Assembly (NCBI GenBank): GCA_041670045.1
Contig: JBAXZY010000001.1
Location: 12,213 to 76,212, forward strand
Length of the DNA: 64,000 nt
Source: Bacilli bacterium
GTDB lineage: Bacteria; Bacillota_I; Bacilli_A; RFN20; CAG-288
Direction of reading: 5' to 3'
The notes under the pieces were generated by a model that was not told the DNA's origin, searched no databases, and saw only the letters and a program-made list of their open reading frames with translations. The translations under genes and the position numbers were made by a program. Below are positions 11,402-21,344 of the stretch, piece after piece. Numbering within the stretch: the first letter of the stretch is position 1; the number at the start of each line of letters is the position of its first letter.

Positions 11402-11478
11402 CTTTTGTTTTTCCGTCCCTACTTTTTTTTCATCTAGTTGAGAACATACATTCAAACCAATTAAGCAATCAGAGCCTG
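11402..11478. repeat. Copy 1 of a ~70-bp direct repeat (tttttccgtccctactttttt..catctagttgagaacatacattcaaaccaatt..aagcaatcag)
   Basis: It is a near-identical direct copy of 14066-14148, found by eye, and the two copies differ by small indels. Confidence 0.8.
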
Positions 11479-11647
11479 TATTCCACCCATTTGTTCTTAG
11501 ATCTAACCGGGCTTTTATCGATGGACCTATAGGAGACCTCAGCCATCATTTTGCCATCACACTCATAGATCCCAGTGAAATGGGATTCATCAAGGATCGG
11601 GTAATAGGATATCCGGTTGTCCCTCTCCAGGAAGAAGAAAGTGGCTT

Positions 11648-12691
11648 TTAGAATGTTGGCATGGTGTTGTATCTTGGGCAAGTGCTTGCCAGAGTATGAA
11701 ACACAGTCAGTGTCTCTCCATCAGAGAAGAAATCAAGATAGGAATTGATTGAAACCGTTCCGACCATTGAATAGAAAAGAGTCTCATCTATTGATAGATA
11801 ATAAGGATTGGCAACGGAGACGCCCTTTCCAAAGAGATGGTCACTGAAAGCCTGCATCTTCAGACCCTTGCTCAAATAGTAGGCGTCAAAAATGAAGTCA
11901 TCGGCCTTAATCTGGGCAGAAGTCTGCCCAAGAAAGAAAAGCCCGTCAAAGGAAAGGGTCAGGCTATCCTGGTCAAATAAGGCATACAGCCCGTTGAAGA
12001 AGAGATAGTCCTTTCCTTTTCTAGTGATGACATTCTCAATCGGTTTTTCGTACGAATGAATATGGCTCCATCTAACTGAGTTAAGGAAGTCTACGCCGGA
12101 AACACTGATTCTTTGGCTTTCACCTACTGTGAAGGACGATCCGTCAAAAGAGAAAGAGCAGAACTCAGAATCGATATCTAAGTGTCCAAGTGACATACAA
12201 AACATTTTGTTATCGATAAAGAAAATTCCTGCTGCATCAAATAAATCACCATATGGCTCTGTATCAGGAAATACATTTGTTTTCTTTCCTAAAAGGTTAA
12301 AGTTCATATCGAAAGCATATAGATTCATACTGTCAAAAAAGAAAATATAATCGTTGTAGCACAGAAAGTTGCTATTGCTGATTTGGCAATCATAATAGAT
12401 AAAATATGTTCCGTTTAAAAAAGCATGTCCATCCGTGTAATCTTCATTAGTGTTAAAGTAAACCGGAATGGAGAGAAATGAATCATTGCCTTTAGGAATC
12501 CGGAATACTTCATCCTTAGGCAAAGAATAGAAGTCTTTTGAATAATAAGTGAACACCTGATCAGCGGTTGGGCATTTGCTGTTCTTTGATTCAGCAAGAT
12601 CGACAGCAGTCATAGTGAAGTTGTCTTCGAAATAATCGGTTGAAAAATAAGAGTTGCTCTGAGCATCACAGCTAGAGCATAACACAGACAA
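11648..12691 (-). CDS. Hypothetical protein, Phe/Tyr/Asp/Ser-rich and possibly secreted; the ORF begins at a TTG
   Basis: 347 aa with no recognisable motif. An out-of-frame ATG immediately upstream encodes 'MKLSKSVVCVML*' across an A4 tract (see findings). Confidence 0.4.
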   Translation of the reverse strand: MSVLCSSCDAQSNSYFSTDYFEDNFTMTAVDLAESKNSKCPTADQVFTYYSKDFYSLPKDEVFRIPKGNDSFLSIPVYFNTNEDYTDGHAFLNGTYFIYYDCQISNSNFLCYNDYIFFFDSMNLYAFDMNFNLLGKKTNVFPDTEPYGDLFDAAGIFFIDNKMFCMSLGHLDIDSEFCSFSFDGSSFTVGESQRISVSGVDFLNSVRWSHIHSYEKPIENVITRKGKDYLFFNGLYALFDQDSLTLSFDGLFFLGQTSAQIKADDFIFDAYYLSKGLKMQAFSDHLFGKGVSVANPYYLSIDETLFYSMVGTVSINSYLDFFSDGETLTVFHTLASTCPRYNTMPTF

Positions 12692-12706
12692 CGCTTTTGC
12701 TTAGTT

Positions 12707-13815
12707 TCATGCTTGATTCACTATATCATAAACTGCATTAGGAAACATTGTTTCAAGATTATGAGGAACAGCGGGGTCTTTTGGGGAGGATTTCCTGTTT
12801 TTCATTATCTTGAGGCAAACACCTAAAATATAAGTTGCGTTAATCAAATAATATTTTCTGCAATCAACTTCGAGGGGTTCACGTAAATCAGACAATAGGG
12901 TTAAAACAGGAACATGAAAAAAACCATTATTCAATTTTATGCTCTCAATAGGCAGTCCTTGACCGTTTCCGGTTCCAACCAAACCATCAAAGTCAATTTC
13001 AACACTATGGTCAATCTTGATTACCCAAAAAAGGATACGAATATAAGTACAGAATTGTATGCCGGTAGAAAATCCACATGCTGTGAAATCGAAAGAAGAA
13101 TGGTCACAATCATTCCATTTTTTTCGGTTTTGATATTCTAATTCAGAATTCGCTAAATCTTCATAGGCTCCACGATGTGGAAATTTTGATTGAACAAATC
13201 CTTGATTTTCTGATGGATTCTCTCCATCGTTCGACCAATGAGAAGAAGTCCCAAATATTCCCGGGACAAAGATATGAATATCTTTCGATGATTCATCTTC
13301 TATGACATTTTGAATGTTGTCTTCTTTTGGAGTAGAAACGTCTGCATCATATTTCCTCTCCTTCAAATTCGATTTAAAATATTGGATTTTAGACTCCATG
13401 GTAGGGAATGCTGTATTATCTTCTAAAACATTTTGAAAAGAAGAAGCATCCGCTTCAGCACAGTTTTCATTATTTAAAGAAAATTCCGGAACTGAAGAAA
13501 CCTGTACCGCGTCTGCATCAAATTGCTTTGAAAGAGAGATGATTTTATTGGAAACCGCTTGGGCATTTTCAATGCTGTAAGGCTTTTCATCAGTTAAAAA
13601 ACTATTCTTTGGCAATTGATTGTTTGCTGGAATCTGAGACACATAGGTCGGTGAAAACCCAATGATTTGCTTATGTCTGATTCTGCATAGGCAATCTTTT
13701 TATTAGCCAATCTAACAGGTGATTCATTTCTGATTTCGGAAGAAACAGGGAAAGAAAGAAAAGCACCACATAAAGATGTTAAACAAAGAACAAGCTTGAT
13801 AATTTTGAATTCCAT
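12707..13815 (-). pseudogene. Putative lipoprotein gene split by a frameshift: signal-peptide ORF 13815..13594 plus body ORF 13642..12707
   Basis: The 73-aa ORF encodes 'MEFKIIKLVLCLTSLCGAF...' (signal peptide plus lipobox). The 311-aa body ORF starts at GTG in another frame, and the two overlap by ~48 nt around an A5 tract (ctaataaaaagatt). Confidence 0.45.
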
Positions 13816-14065
13816 ATTTTTTCCTTTTTATAATTCCGCTTTTTGGTACTAGAAATTTGGCCAAAATAAAAACCGCTCTTAATTTTTCAAACCTAGAACA
13901 ATCCTATCAACTTTGGAAAAAGAGATTATTTGGCTTCAGACTCAAATGCTGTTCCCGTTTCCTCCTGCTATATCAATACTATTATAATTATTCTTTAAAG
14001 GCCCGTTTGCAATAGAAGTTCTTTAAAACAAGTTTAAATATAAAGCTAAGTGCTTTCGATTTTTC

Positions 14066-14148
14066 AAGTTTTCTTTTTCCGTCCCTACTTTTTTACATCT
14101 AGTTGAGAACATACATTCAAACCAATTAATTAAGCAATCAGCTTACCA
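14066..14148. repeat. Copy 2 of the ~70-bp direct repeat
   Basis: It matches 11402-11478 and lies upstream (on the minus strand) of the split lipoprotein gene. Confidence 0.8.
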
Positions 14149-14220
14149 TCCTCCATTTTGGGCAGGACAATGAAGGAAATGGCTGTCAGCTACTATTTAG
14201 TCTTTTTTTCATGCAATGAA

Positions 14221-14250
14221 TAAAAGACACTGGGGGCAGTGTCTTTTACT
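14221..14250. terminator. Bidirectional rho-independent terminator-like hairpin (agacactg-gggg-cagtgtct flanked by A and T runs)
   Basis: A perfect 8-bp GC-containing stem with a 4-nt loop has a T-run on both strands. It lies ~240 nt beyond the response-regulator stop. Confidence 0.5.
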
Positions 14251-14487
14251 CAATTTTCCTTTTGCTCTCTCCTCGACACGGCGTTTTTGGCAGCTTTTAG
14301 ATAAATTTAATCTGCATACAGTAAAGACTCTGCTTGGATATTTTAATGCACCGCCACTTTTAGTCTTAACCGTAATGCTAATTAATAGTCATTATCAGAA
14401 GTAGTTAAGGTAGTGATGGTGTATCCTCTTCTGTTATTGACGCCAATACTCTAACATGTGGCATGTTACATAAATGTGACAGGCAAA

Positions 14488-15273
14488 TTAATCTTTATAT
14501 AATTTTCCTATGGAGTCTTCCGCCCATTCATATCGGGTCATATATTCCCCTCTAAAGGAATTGATAGCCACGGGATCACCTTTTTGATAGTCAAAAAGGT
14601 CTGATTTGACTTTTGTGACATCCAAAGCATATTGATTGAAGTGCTTGATTAAAACATCCTCACAGCCAACGCTCTTCAGAGAGTTTTTCAATGAATGCCA
14701 GATCTGAGTCAGATAATTCTGATTGGCACTGCTATCGTCAGGGAAAAGAATTGCAATCAATTGGTTACGATTGACGGAGCTGCCTTGGCGGTCAACTAAA
14801 TAAGCTAATAGTTCCTTGGACTTGCTTCTTTCAAAGACTAAGGGCTGCTGTTTAGAGAAGACTTCAAAATGACCAAAGGTTTTACAATAAAGAAGGTCAT
14901 TCTTTTCTACTTTTAAGGGATAAAGAAGATTGTCGTATTCTTTTTTAACATCTTCAGCAGATACCGGCTTAGTAATATACCCCGAAGCATGCATGCTGAT
15001 AGCAGCCATGCTATATTCGGAATAACCGGTGACGAAGATGATATTGACAAAAGGATTGGTTTTCTTGATTTCCTTAGCTAAGCTTAAACCAGTCATATCA
15101 CCTAAACGAATATCTAAAAAAGCCAGATCAACCTTTGTCGTAGTGGCTAAACGTAGTCCTTCTTCACCGCTTTGAGCTTTTAAAATCTCGCCATGATCAG
15201 GTATAGCTTCATCAATGGCTTCTAGAAGAAGCTTTAAAGAGCCTGGTTCATCATCAACTGCCAATATGGTCAT
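14488..15273 (-). CDS. Two-component response regulator: receiver domain plus a C-terminal winged-helix output (OmpR/SARP-like) rather than LytTR
   Basis: 261 aa. The N-terminus 'ILAVDDEP...DLAFLDIRLGDMTG...' is a REC domain, and the C-terminus 'FGHFEVF..QPLVFERSKSKELLAYLVDRQGSSVNRNQLIAILF' resembles a trans_reg_C/SARP wHTH. It overlaps the kinase gene by 4 nt. Confidence 0.75.
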   Translation of the reverse strand: MTILAVDDEPGSLKLLLEAIDEAIPDHGEILKAQSGEEGLRLATTTKVDLAFLDIRLGDMTGLSLAKEIKKTNPFVNIIFVTGYSEYSMAAISMHASGYITKPVSAEDVKKEYDNLLYPLKVEKNDLLYCKTFGHFEVFSKQQPLVFERSKSKELLAYLVDRQGSSVNRNQLIAILFPDDSSANQNYLTQIWHSLKNSLKSVGCEDVLIKHFNQYALDVTKVKSDLFDYQKGDPVAINSFRGEYMTRYEWAEDSIGKLYKD

Positions 15274-16523
15274 AAATTAATTCCTTTCTTAGGTAAAAAA
15301 ACAGTCACCTTAGTTCCTTCATTTACTTTGCTTTTAATATCAAGGGAACCATTCATCATCGTGATTCGATTCTGAAGATTCTTCAATCCATAATGTCCAT
15401 CAAGCTTATGGAAGTCAGTAGCAAATCCGCACCCATCATCTTCAACAGTAATCACAATCTGATTGTTTTCAAAACGAGAGGAAATCTTAACCGTCCCATG
15501 ATTGCCTTTCTTCCCAAAGCCATGTTTAATGGCATTTTCTACCAACATTTGAATTGATAGAGGAGGAATAGAGAAAGAAGTATAGTCCAAAGAATAAATC
15601 ATCTTTATCTTACCATCCATCCTTAAGTTCTCTAAATCAACATAATTCTCCACATGTTCCATTTCTTTAGTAAAAAGAATCGGCTCATTTGAGGATAGAC
15701 TATTTAGATTGAATCGAAGATACTTAGCAAACTTAGCTAAGGCATCCTTCGTTTTTTTAGGAGTACCATCAATAGCCATAATTGCGGAGATGCAATTATA
15801 AAGAAAATGAGGTTGAACCTGTGAAATAACAATTCGGTCACTGATCTCTTGAATCTCTTTTTCACGTTGAATATAAAGAGCAGCATCTTTTTTGAGAGAA
15901 AAGATGATTACAATCAAAAGAAGGGAAGCAGAAGCGAATTGTGACGGATAAAGTCCATAATAGAAAGCCTGAATCAAAATACAAATAGAAGGTATTACAA
16001 TGTAACAGATAAAGGAAAGCAGTTCACCTTTTGTAAGATTCTTTCGATTAATAATAATAATCACTAAAAGAGCAATGAATAAAAAAGCAAAATAAACACT
16101 GTAGTAATTGAAAAACAATCCTCGGTAATAAACGTTATTTTCATCAATATAATAAACCCATCCCGTAAACACATTAATAATCAGAAGGATAACACAAGGT
16201 ATTACTAAATAAACAAAAATATATTGTTGGTTTATTTTTAAGACTTTCAGACAATAGTTGGAAAAGGCTGCAAAGTTTGCGGCTGTAAAAAGGAACTCGG
16301 AGAAATTAGATATCTTAAGAATGACATTAGCCATCTCCCCCATCTGACCTTTATAAATCAAGCCTAAAAGATTAGATAGAACCACCATCATATTGCAGAA
16401 AACCAACAACGAAAAAGAGACCGCATTTTTAGTGTTAAGCTTTCTTAAAAAGAATAACACTACCCAAGCAAAGGACAGGATAGATAAAAAGCAAATGTCT
16501 AAATAAATATAGATATCAGCCAT
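15270..16523 (-). CDS. Sensor histidine kinase, PF06580-type (LytS/YehU/YesM-like) with a multi-pass membrane N-terminus
   Basis: 417 aa with ~6 predicted TM helices. The H-box 'QVQPHFLYNCISAI' and the HATPase_c motifs ('ENAIKHG', 'DDGCGF', 'GLKNL') are present. Confidence 0.8.
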   Translation of the reverse strand: MADIYIYLDICFLSILSFAWVVLFFLRKLNTKNAVSFSLLVFCNMMVVLSNLLGLIYKGQMGEMANVILKISNFSEFLFTAANFAAFSNYCLKVLKINQQYIFVYLVIPCVILLIINVFTGWVYYIDENNVYYRGLFFNYYSVYFAFLFIALLVIIIINRKNLTKGELLSFICYIVIPSICILIQAFYYGLYPSQFASASLLLIVIIFSLKKDAALYIQREKEIQEISDRIVISQVQPHFLYNCISAIMAIDGTPKKTKDALAKFAKYLRFNLNSLSSNEPILFTKEMEHVENYVDLENLRMDGKIKMIYSLDYTSFSIPPLSIQMLVENAIKHGFGKKGNHGTVKISSRFENNQIVITVEDDGCGFATDFHKLDGHYGLKNLQNRITMMNGSLDIKSKVNEGTKVTVFLPKKGINL

Positions 16524-16704
16524 CTGGTCCTCGATTCATGCCCTTACAACATTTTTATTATAAAGTAAGAAGATTTGTTTAGCACTTAAATTTTCATTAG
16601 TTTTGGCCTTATTAACAACAAATATTAGTTACTTTAATAACAATCACAGGTAATCGGCTTTCTTTTTTTAATACAATTGGAAACAATACTTGTTATTTTT
16701 GAAT

Positions 16705-16750
16705 TAAAAAAGGTTGCCTTAAAATTTATCATTCTTTGGCAACCTTTTTG
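16705..16750 (-). terminator. Rho-independent terminator for the small minus-strand ORF (aaggttgcc...ggcaacctt plus a T-run on the minus strand)
   Basis: A 9-bp stem with an ~19-nt loop and an A/T-run on both sides. Confidence 0.45.
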
Positions 16751-16761
16751 ATTAAGACTGA

Positions 16762-16926
16762 TTAAGCAACCGTTTTAGCTTTCTTTTCCTTCTTGAATCG
16801 AAGAATAACTAAAGTAACAAAGGTTCCATCAGCCAATAGACATACCACATCAATAGCGATGACAATGAAGTAGTAATTTGCAAACGGAGTCTCAGCGACG
16901 ACCGTTCCGTTCTTAAAGCCGTTCAT
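16762..16926 (-). CDS. Possible small single-TM membrane protein (54 aa, below the ORF-track cutoff)
   Basis: Manual translation gives 'MNGFKNGTVVAETPFANYYFIVIAIDVVCLLADGTFVTLVILRFKKEKKAKTVA*'. It has its own downstream terminator and no strong RBS. Confidence 0.3.
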   Translation of the reverse strand: MNGFKNGTVVAETPFANYYFIVIAIDVVCLLADGTFVTLVILRFKKEKKAKTVA

Positions 16927-17533
16927 GGCATTGGAAAACCGTTCTATCTCAAAAGCAACGTTCTTTTATTTAGTGAATCAATTGAGACAATCGATAACCC
17001 TAGAAGCATCCAAGTCATCATCTTCGACTATTGCAATTCTAACTTTCATTTTCTGTTCAGGTTGCGCATTTTATGACACAGATGTTAAGGAAAAACAAGT
17101 TAACAGAAATCAACAAAAGGCTGTTTGTTAAAGAAATCAGTTAATACAAGAAAACGTTTTTAATTTTAATTTAGCGTAAAATATTGATTTATTTCTAATC
17201 ATATGATTGGTGTCCAACTTTGTAAGATATATAAAATTGGTTCTTGTCTTTATTTTATCTATAGATAAAGACACATAATAGTGGCTGGCTAGGTATTCTT
17301 CTTCTCCACAACATATACAGACTCCTAGTTGAATATCTAGGTTTTCTTTTCAAGCCTGCTCATTAATGTTTGAATTAATAGTCATAGATGATTAATGAAC
17401 AAATCGAGTCTCAATTTTAGCAATTCTAGTCAAAACCTCTAAGGGTTTTTATGGTTACGGATATAATATTACTAGCTATCTGATATTAGCAACCAATCAA
17501 GAATACTTTATCAGGCACGGAAAGGATACGTCT

Positions 17534-19900
17534 ATGGATTTCAATCACAGTTGGTCTTTCTATTCAGTTGGGCAAGAAGCTAATAAAAGAATTGTGGATT
17601 TACCTCATGATGCCATGCTTTATGAAGGCAGAGATGAAACTAATTTAGGCGGCACTAATATCAGTTTCTTCAAAGGCGGTAAATATATCTATGAAAAGGA
17701 ATTCACACTTGAAGATATAGATGACAGTAACAGTGTCTACTTTGAATTTGAAGGAGTCTATCAGAATACTAAGGTTTTCATTAACAACGAACTAGCATAT
17801 CAAAGAGAATACGGCTATACGGATTTTATTTTTGATGCCACCAAATATTGTAAGTTCCATCAAATTAATCAAATAAGAGTGGAAGTCGATAATTCACTTC
17901 AGCCTAACAGCCGTTGGTATTCAGGATCAGGTATTTATCGACCGGTTCATATCTTCATCAAGAAAGAAACTCATGTTCTTCCTGAATCCTTACAAGTAAA
18001 AACTCTTGATTATCAGACTGGCGTTGTTGAAATAACAGCTTCTTTATCAAAGCCAAGTTCTGCGGCTTTAATAATTCAAGATATGAGTAATCACATAGTC
18101 TTTTCAAAAGACTATCCTTCCTCAATGGATTTAAAAGAAAAAATTCAAATACCGGAATTAAATAATTGGTCTATAAATAATCCTTATCTGTATACCTGTG
18201 TTTTGAAGACTAAAGAAGACCAGGAAGAAAGAACATTTGGTGTAAGACAGGTTGAACTAGATACAGAGAAAGGTTTCTTAATCAATGGTGAAAGAGTAAT
18301 CATCTATGGCTGCTGTATTCACCATGACAATGGTCTTTTAGGAGCAGCCGCCTATTCCTATAGTGAAGAAAGAAAAGTAGCTTTATTAAAAAAAGCCGGT
18401 TATAACGCTCTACGTTTAGCACATAATCCTTCAAGTCAGGCCTTACTCAATGCCTGTGACAAGCTAGGCATGTTAGTCATGGATGAATATGTGGACTGCT
18501 GGTATATCCATAAGACACCTTATGACTATGCCGGAAAAGTCGAAAATAATTATCAGGAAGACTTAAAAGATCTGGTAAGAAAAGATTTCTCTCATCCATC
18601 CGTTGTTCTCTATTCAACCGGTAATGAAGTATCAGAGACGGCTTCCCATAAAGGAGCCCAGTTTACTTTGATGCTGACTAACTATCTTCACTCCCTTGAT
18701 GATACAAGACCAGTCACCTGCGGAGTCAATATCTTCTTCAATGCCTTATGTGCCTTAGGATTTGGTGTCTATTCTGATAAGAAAGCTAAGAAGAATGCTA
18801 CTTCTAAGAAAAAGAAAAGCGTCGGTTCTGAATTCTTTAATAAGGTAGCGGGCTTATTAGGTGCTGGATTCATGAAGTTTGGAGCCTCGCTTCCTATTTG
18901 TGATCGAAAGACAAAAGAGTCTTTTGCTAACATGGATGTGGCTGGCTACAACTATGGAATCAAACGATACAAGCATGACTTGAAGAAATATCCCAAGCGT
19001 TTCATTTTAGGAAGCGAAACCTTCTGCTCAGATGCTGCTGCTTTTTATTCTCTTGCTAAAAGCAACAATCGCTTAATCGGTGATTTTGTCTGGTCTGGCA
19101 TGGACTATCTTGGTGAATCGGGTATTGGTTCCTGGGTAAATAAAAAGATCTACCAAAACGACGATCTTAAATCTCATTGGCTGACTGCCGGTTCGGGAAG
19201 ACTTGATATCCTCGGCGATGAGAATTCCGAAATGAGTTACACTCGAGTGGCTTTCAATCAGGAAAGGATTGCAATGGGTGTAGTGTCACCTTTTGATTAT
19301 AAGGAAGGTCATTCACCTTCGGCTTGGAAACTATCCTGGGCTTTGAATTCTTATTCTTTTGAGGGAGCCGAAGGATTAAAGACAATAGTTGAAGTCTATT
19401 GCAAAGATTATCAGGTGGGTTTATATCAAAATGGTAAACTGCTAATCAAAAAGAAGCCAAACAAAGATGGTCGCTGTTGTTTTAAAATCAAGTACTGGCC
19501 TGGTACTTTAGAAGCTGTTTCTTATTCTAAGGATAATAAAGAAACAGGGAAATGTTCTTTAGTCAGCTCAAGTAAAGAAACAAAAGTTGCTTTAATACCT
19601 GAAACTCAATCTATACCCGTTAAAGATGGCTTAGCTTATATTCATGTCTACATTAAGGATAATAATGGCACAATCAAATCTACTAGCGATACGGAAGTAG
19701 ACATCACAAAGATTGATAATGGAAAATTGTTAGGTTTTGGAAATGCCTGTCCTTATAATCCAGATGGATACCTGAACACTAAGACTTCAACTTATTATGG
19801 TAAGGCTTTAATGATCATCAAACCTCTAGCTAAAGGACCAATTCAGGTCACTGTAAAATCAAAATACGGAAATGAAAGCGTATTAATGGTTGCAAAATAA
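17534..19900 (+). CDS. Glycoside hydrolase family 2 protein (beta-galactosidase/beta-glucuronidase-like)
   Basis: 788 aa. The N-terminus 'DFNHSWSFY...VDLPHDAM' (GH2 sugar-binding), 'NGE...HHD' and 'YNALRLAHNP...NEVSE' (TIM-barrel acid/base region) are typical GH2. It is preceded by a ~540-nt leader. Confidence 0.75.
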   Translation: MDFNHSWSFYSVGQEANKRIVDLPHDAMLYEGRDETNLGGTNISFFKGGKYIYEKEFTLEDIDDSNSVYFEFEGVYQNTKVFINNELAYQREYGYTDFIFDATKYCKFHQINQIRVEVDNSLQPNSRWYSGSGIYRPVHIFIKKETHVLPESLQVKTLDYQTGVVEITASLSKPSSAALIIQDMSNHIVFSKDYPSSMDLKEKIQIPELNNWSINNPYLYTCVLKTKEDQEERTFGVRQVELDTEKGFLINGERVIIYGCCIHHDNGLLGAAAYSYSEERKVALLKKAGYNALRLAHNPSSQALLNACDKLGMLVMDEYVDCWYIHKTPYDYAGKVENNYQEDLKDLVRKDFSHPSVVLYSTGNEVSETASHKGAQFTLMLTNYLHSLDDTRPVTCGVNIFFNALCALGFGVYSDKKAKKNATSKKKKSVGSEFFNKVAGLLGAGFMKFGASLPICDRKTKESFANMDVAGYNYGIKRYKHDLKKYPKRFILGSETFCSDAAAFYSLAKSNNRLIGDFVWSGMDYLGESGIGSWVNKKIYQNDDLKSHWLTAGSGRLDILGDENSEMSYTRVAFNQERIAMGVVSPFDYKEGHSPSAWKLSWALNSYSFEGAEGLKTIVEVYCKDYQVGLYQNGKLLIKKKPNKDGRCCFKIKYWPGTLEAVSYSKDNKETGKCSLVSSSKETKVALIPETQSIPVKDGLAYIHVYIKDNNGTIKSTSDTEVDITKIDNGKLLGFGNACPYNPDGYLNTKTSTYYGKALMIIKPLAKGPIQVTVKSKYGNESVLMVAK

Positions 19901-20117
19901 AGAGCTTTCCGCTCATCAATTTTATTCGTTCAAAGATAACACAAGACTTTTATCGCTATTATCTATCCAATTTCGAATTTAAATTGGGTAGATAATTTAT
20001 TTTTTGTTAAATGAGCCAAAGCTTCAAAGAATTCATTGTTTTTGTTTCCATCGCCTACTATGGTTGCAAATAATAGTAAGTGCTACAATAAGCCCATATA
20101 AGAAAGGGTCATTCATT

Positions 20118-21344
20118 ATGGACAAGAAAATACTTGATAGTTATGCTGATTTGATTGTTAAAGCCGGAGCTAATGTTCAAAAAGGACAGTATGTCGTTAT
20201 TAGAACCAACCCCTGCTGTGAAGAGTTTGCTGCTCTTGTTGCTAAGAAATGCTACGAAGCTGGTGCTAAACAGGTTTTCGTGCACTGGATAAGTTCTTCC
20301 TTAAACAAAGTTGATTATCAATATGCGGCTGAAGAGCAATTATCAACAGTACTTCCGTTTGAAGAAGCCTGCCATAAGTTCATGGCTGATAATAATCCAG
20401 TTCTGATTTGGTTAGATTCCGATGATCCGGATGGTTTAAAAGGTGTTGATGCTCAGAAGGTTGCCACTGTTAAATCAAACAAATTCAAAGTCTTAGCTAA
20501 ATACCGTGAAGCCCAGCAGAACAAAGCTCAGTGGACAATTGCCGGTGTTCCTTCAAAGGAATGGGCTATGAAGGTCTTCCCAAAGCTTACCGAAGCAGAT
20601 GCTATTGAAGCTCTTTGGAAAGCAATTCTGACAACGGCAAGATGTTTAGACGGCAATGGTATTGCTAACTGGGATAAACATGAAGTTGATTTAAAGAAGA
20701 GATGCGCTTACCTGAATTCTTTGAAATTAGCTAAGCTTCATTACCAATCCAAGACCGGAACTGACTTTACAGTCGGTTTGATTCCGGGTGTTATTTTCTT
20801 AGGCGGAGGAGAAAAAGATCTTCCTGGCCATTTCTTCCAGCCGAATATTCCTAGTGAGGAATGTTTTACTTCTCCAATGAAGGGTAAGGCTGAAGGCCTT
20901 GTTGTCGCTAGTAAACCCTTAGTCTATCAAGGTCAGATGATTGAAGACTTCACTGTCCGCTTCCATGAAGGAAAAGCTGTTGAAGTAACAGCTAAGAAAG
21001 GCTTAGAAGTCTTAAAGAGTATTCTGACTTTAGATAAAGGCAGTGCCTATTTGGGGGAATGCGCCTTAGTTCCTTTTAATTCACCTATTAATCAAACCGG
21101 TCTTTTATTCTTCAATACTCTTTATGATGAAAATGCCGCCTGCCATTTAGCACTAGGTGAAGGCTTTACTGAGCTTTATCCTAATTATGAGAAGTATACC
21201 GATGAAGAAGTCCGTTCCTTTGGTATCAATAAATCCATCAGTCATGTCGACTTCATGATCGGTGATCAGTATCTGAATATCACAGGCACTACTGTTGATG
21301 GCAACGAAGTAGCCATTTTCAGAAACGGTGCATGGGCTTTCTAA
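20118..21344 (+). CDS. Aminopeptidase, M29 family (PepS/AmpS-like). The ORF track starts at 20004; ATG 20118 follows a plausible RBS.
   Basis: 'MDKKILDSYADLIVKAGANVQKGQ' resembles the AmpS/PepS N-terminus, and the protein is ~408 aa. Confidence 0.75.
   Translation: MDKKILDSYADLIVKAGANVQKGQYVVIRTNPCCEEFAALVAKKCYEAGAKQVFVHWISSSLNKVDYQYAAEEQLSTVLPFEEACHKFMADNNPVLIWLDSDDPDGLKGVDAQKVATVKSNKFKVLAKYREAQQNKAQWTIAGVPSKEWAMKVFPKLTEADAIEALWKAILTTARCLDGNGIANWDKHEVDLKKRCAYLNSLKLAKLHYQSKTGTDFTVGLIPGVIFLGGGEKDLPGHFFQPNIPSEECFTSPMKGKAEGLVVASKPLVYQGQMIEDFTVRFHEGKAVEVTAKKGLEVLKSILTLDKGSAYLGECALVPFNSPINQTGLLFFNTLYDENAACHLALGEGFTELYPNYEKYTDEEVRSFGINKSISHVDFMIGDQYLNITGTTVDGNEVAIFRNGAWAF

Noticed and set aside
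14216-14404. 62-aa ORF MNKRHWGQCLLLNF...
   Set aside because: It starts inside a terminator hairpin, has no RBS and has an odd composition, so it is probably non-coding.
16925-17131. 68-aa plus-strand ORF in the long intergenic region before the GH2 gene
   Set aside because: It has no RBS and overlaps antisense with the more plausible small membrane ORF on the minus strand, so its coding status is doubtful.
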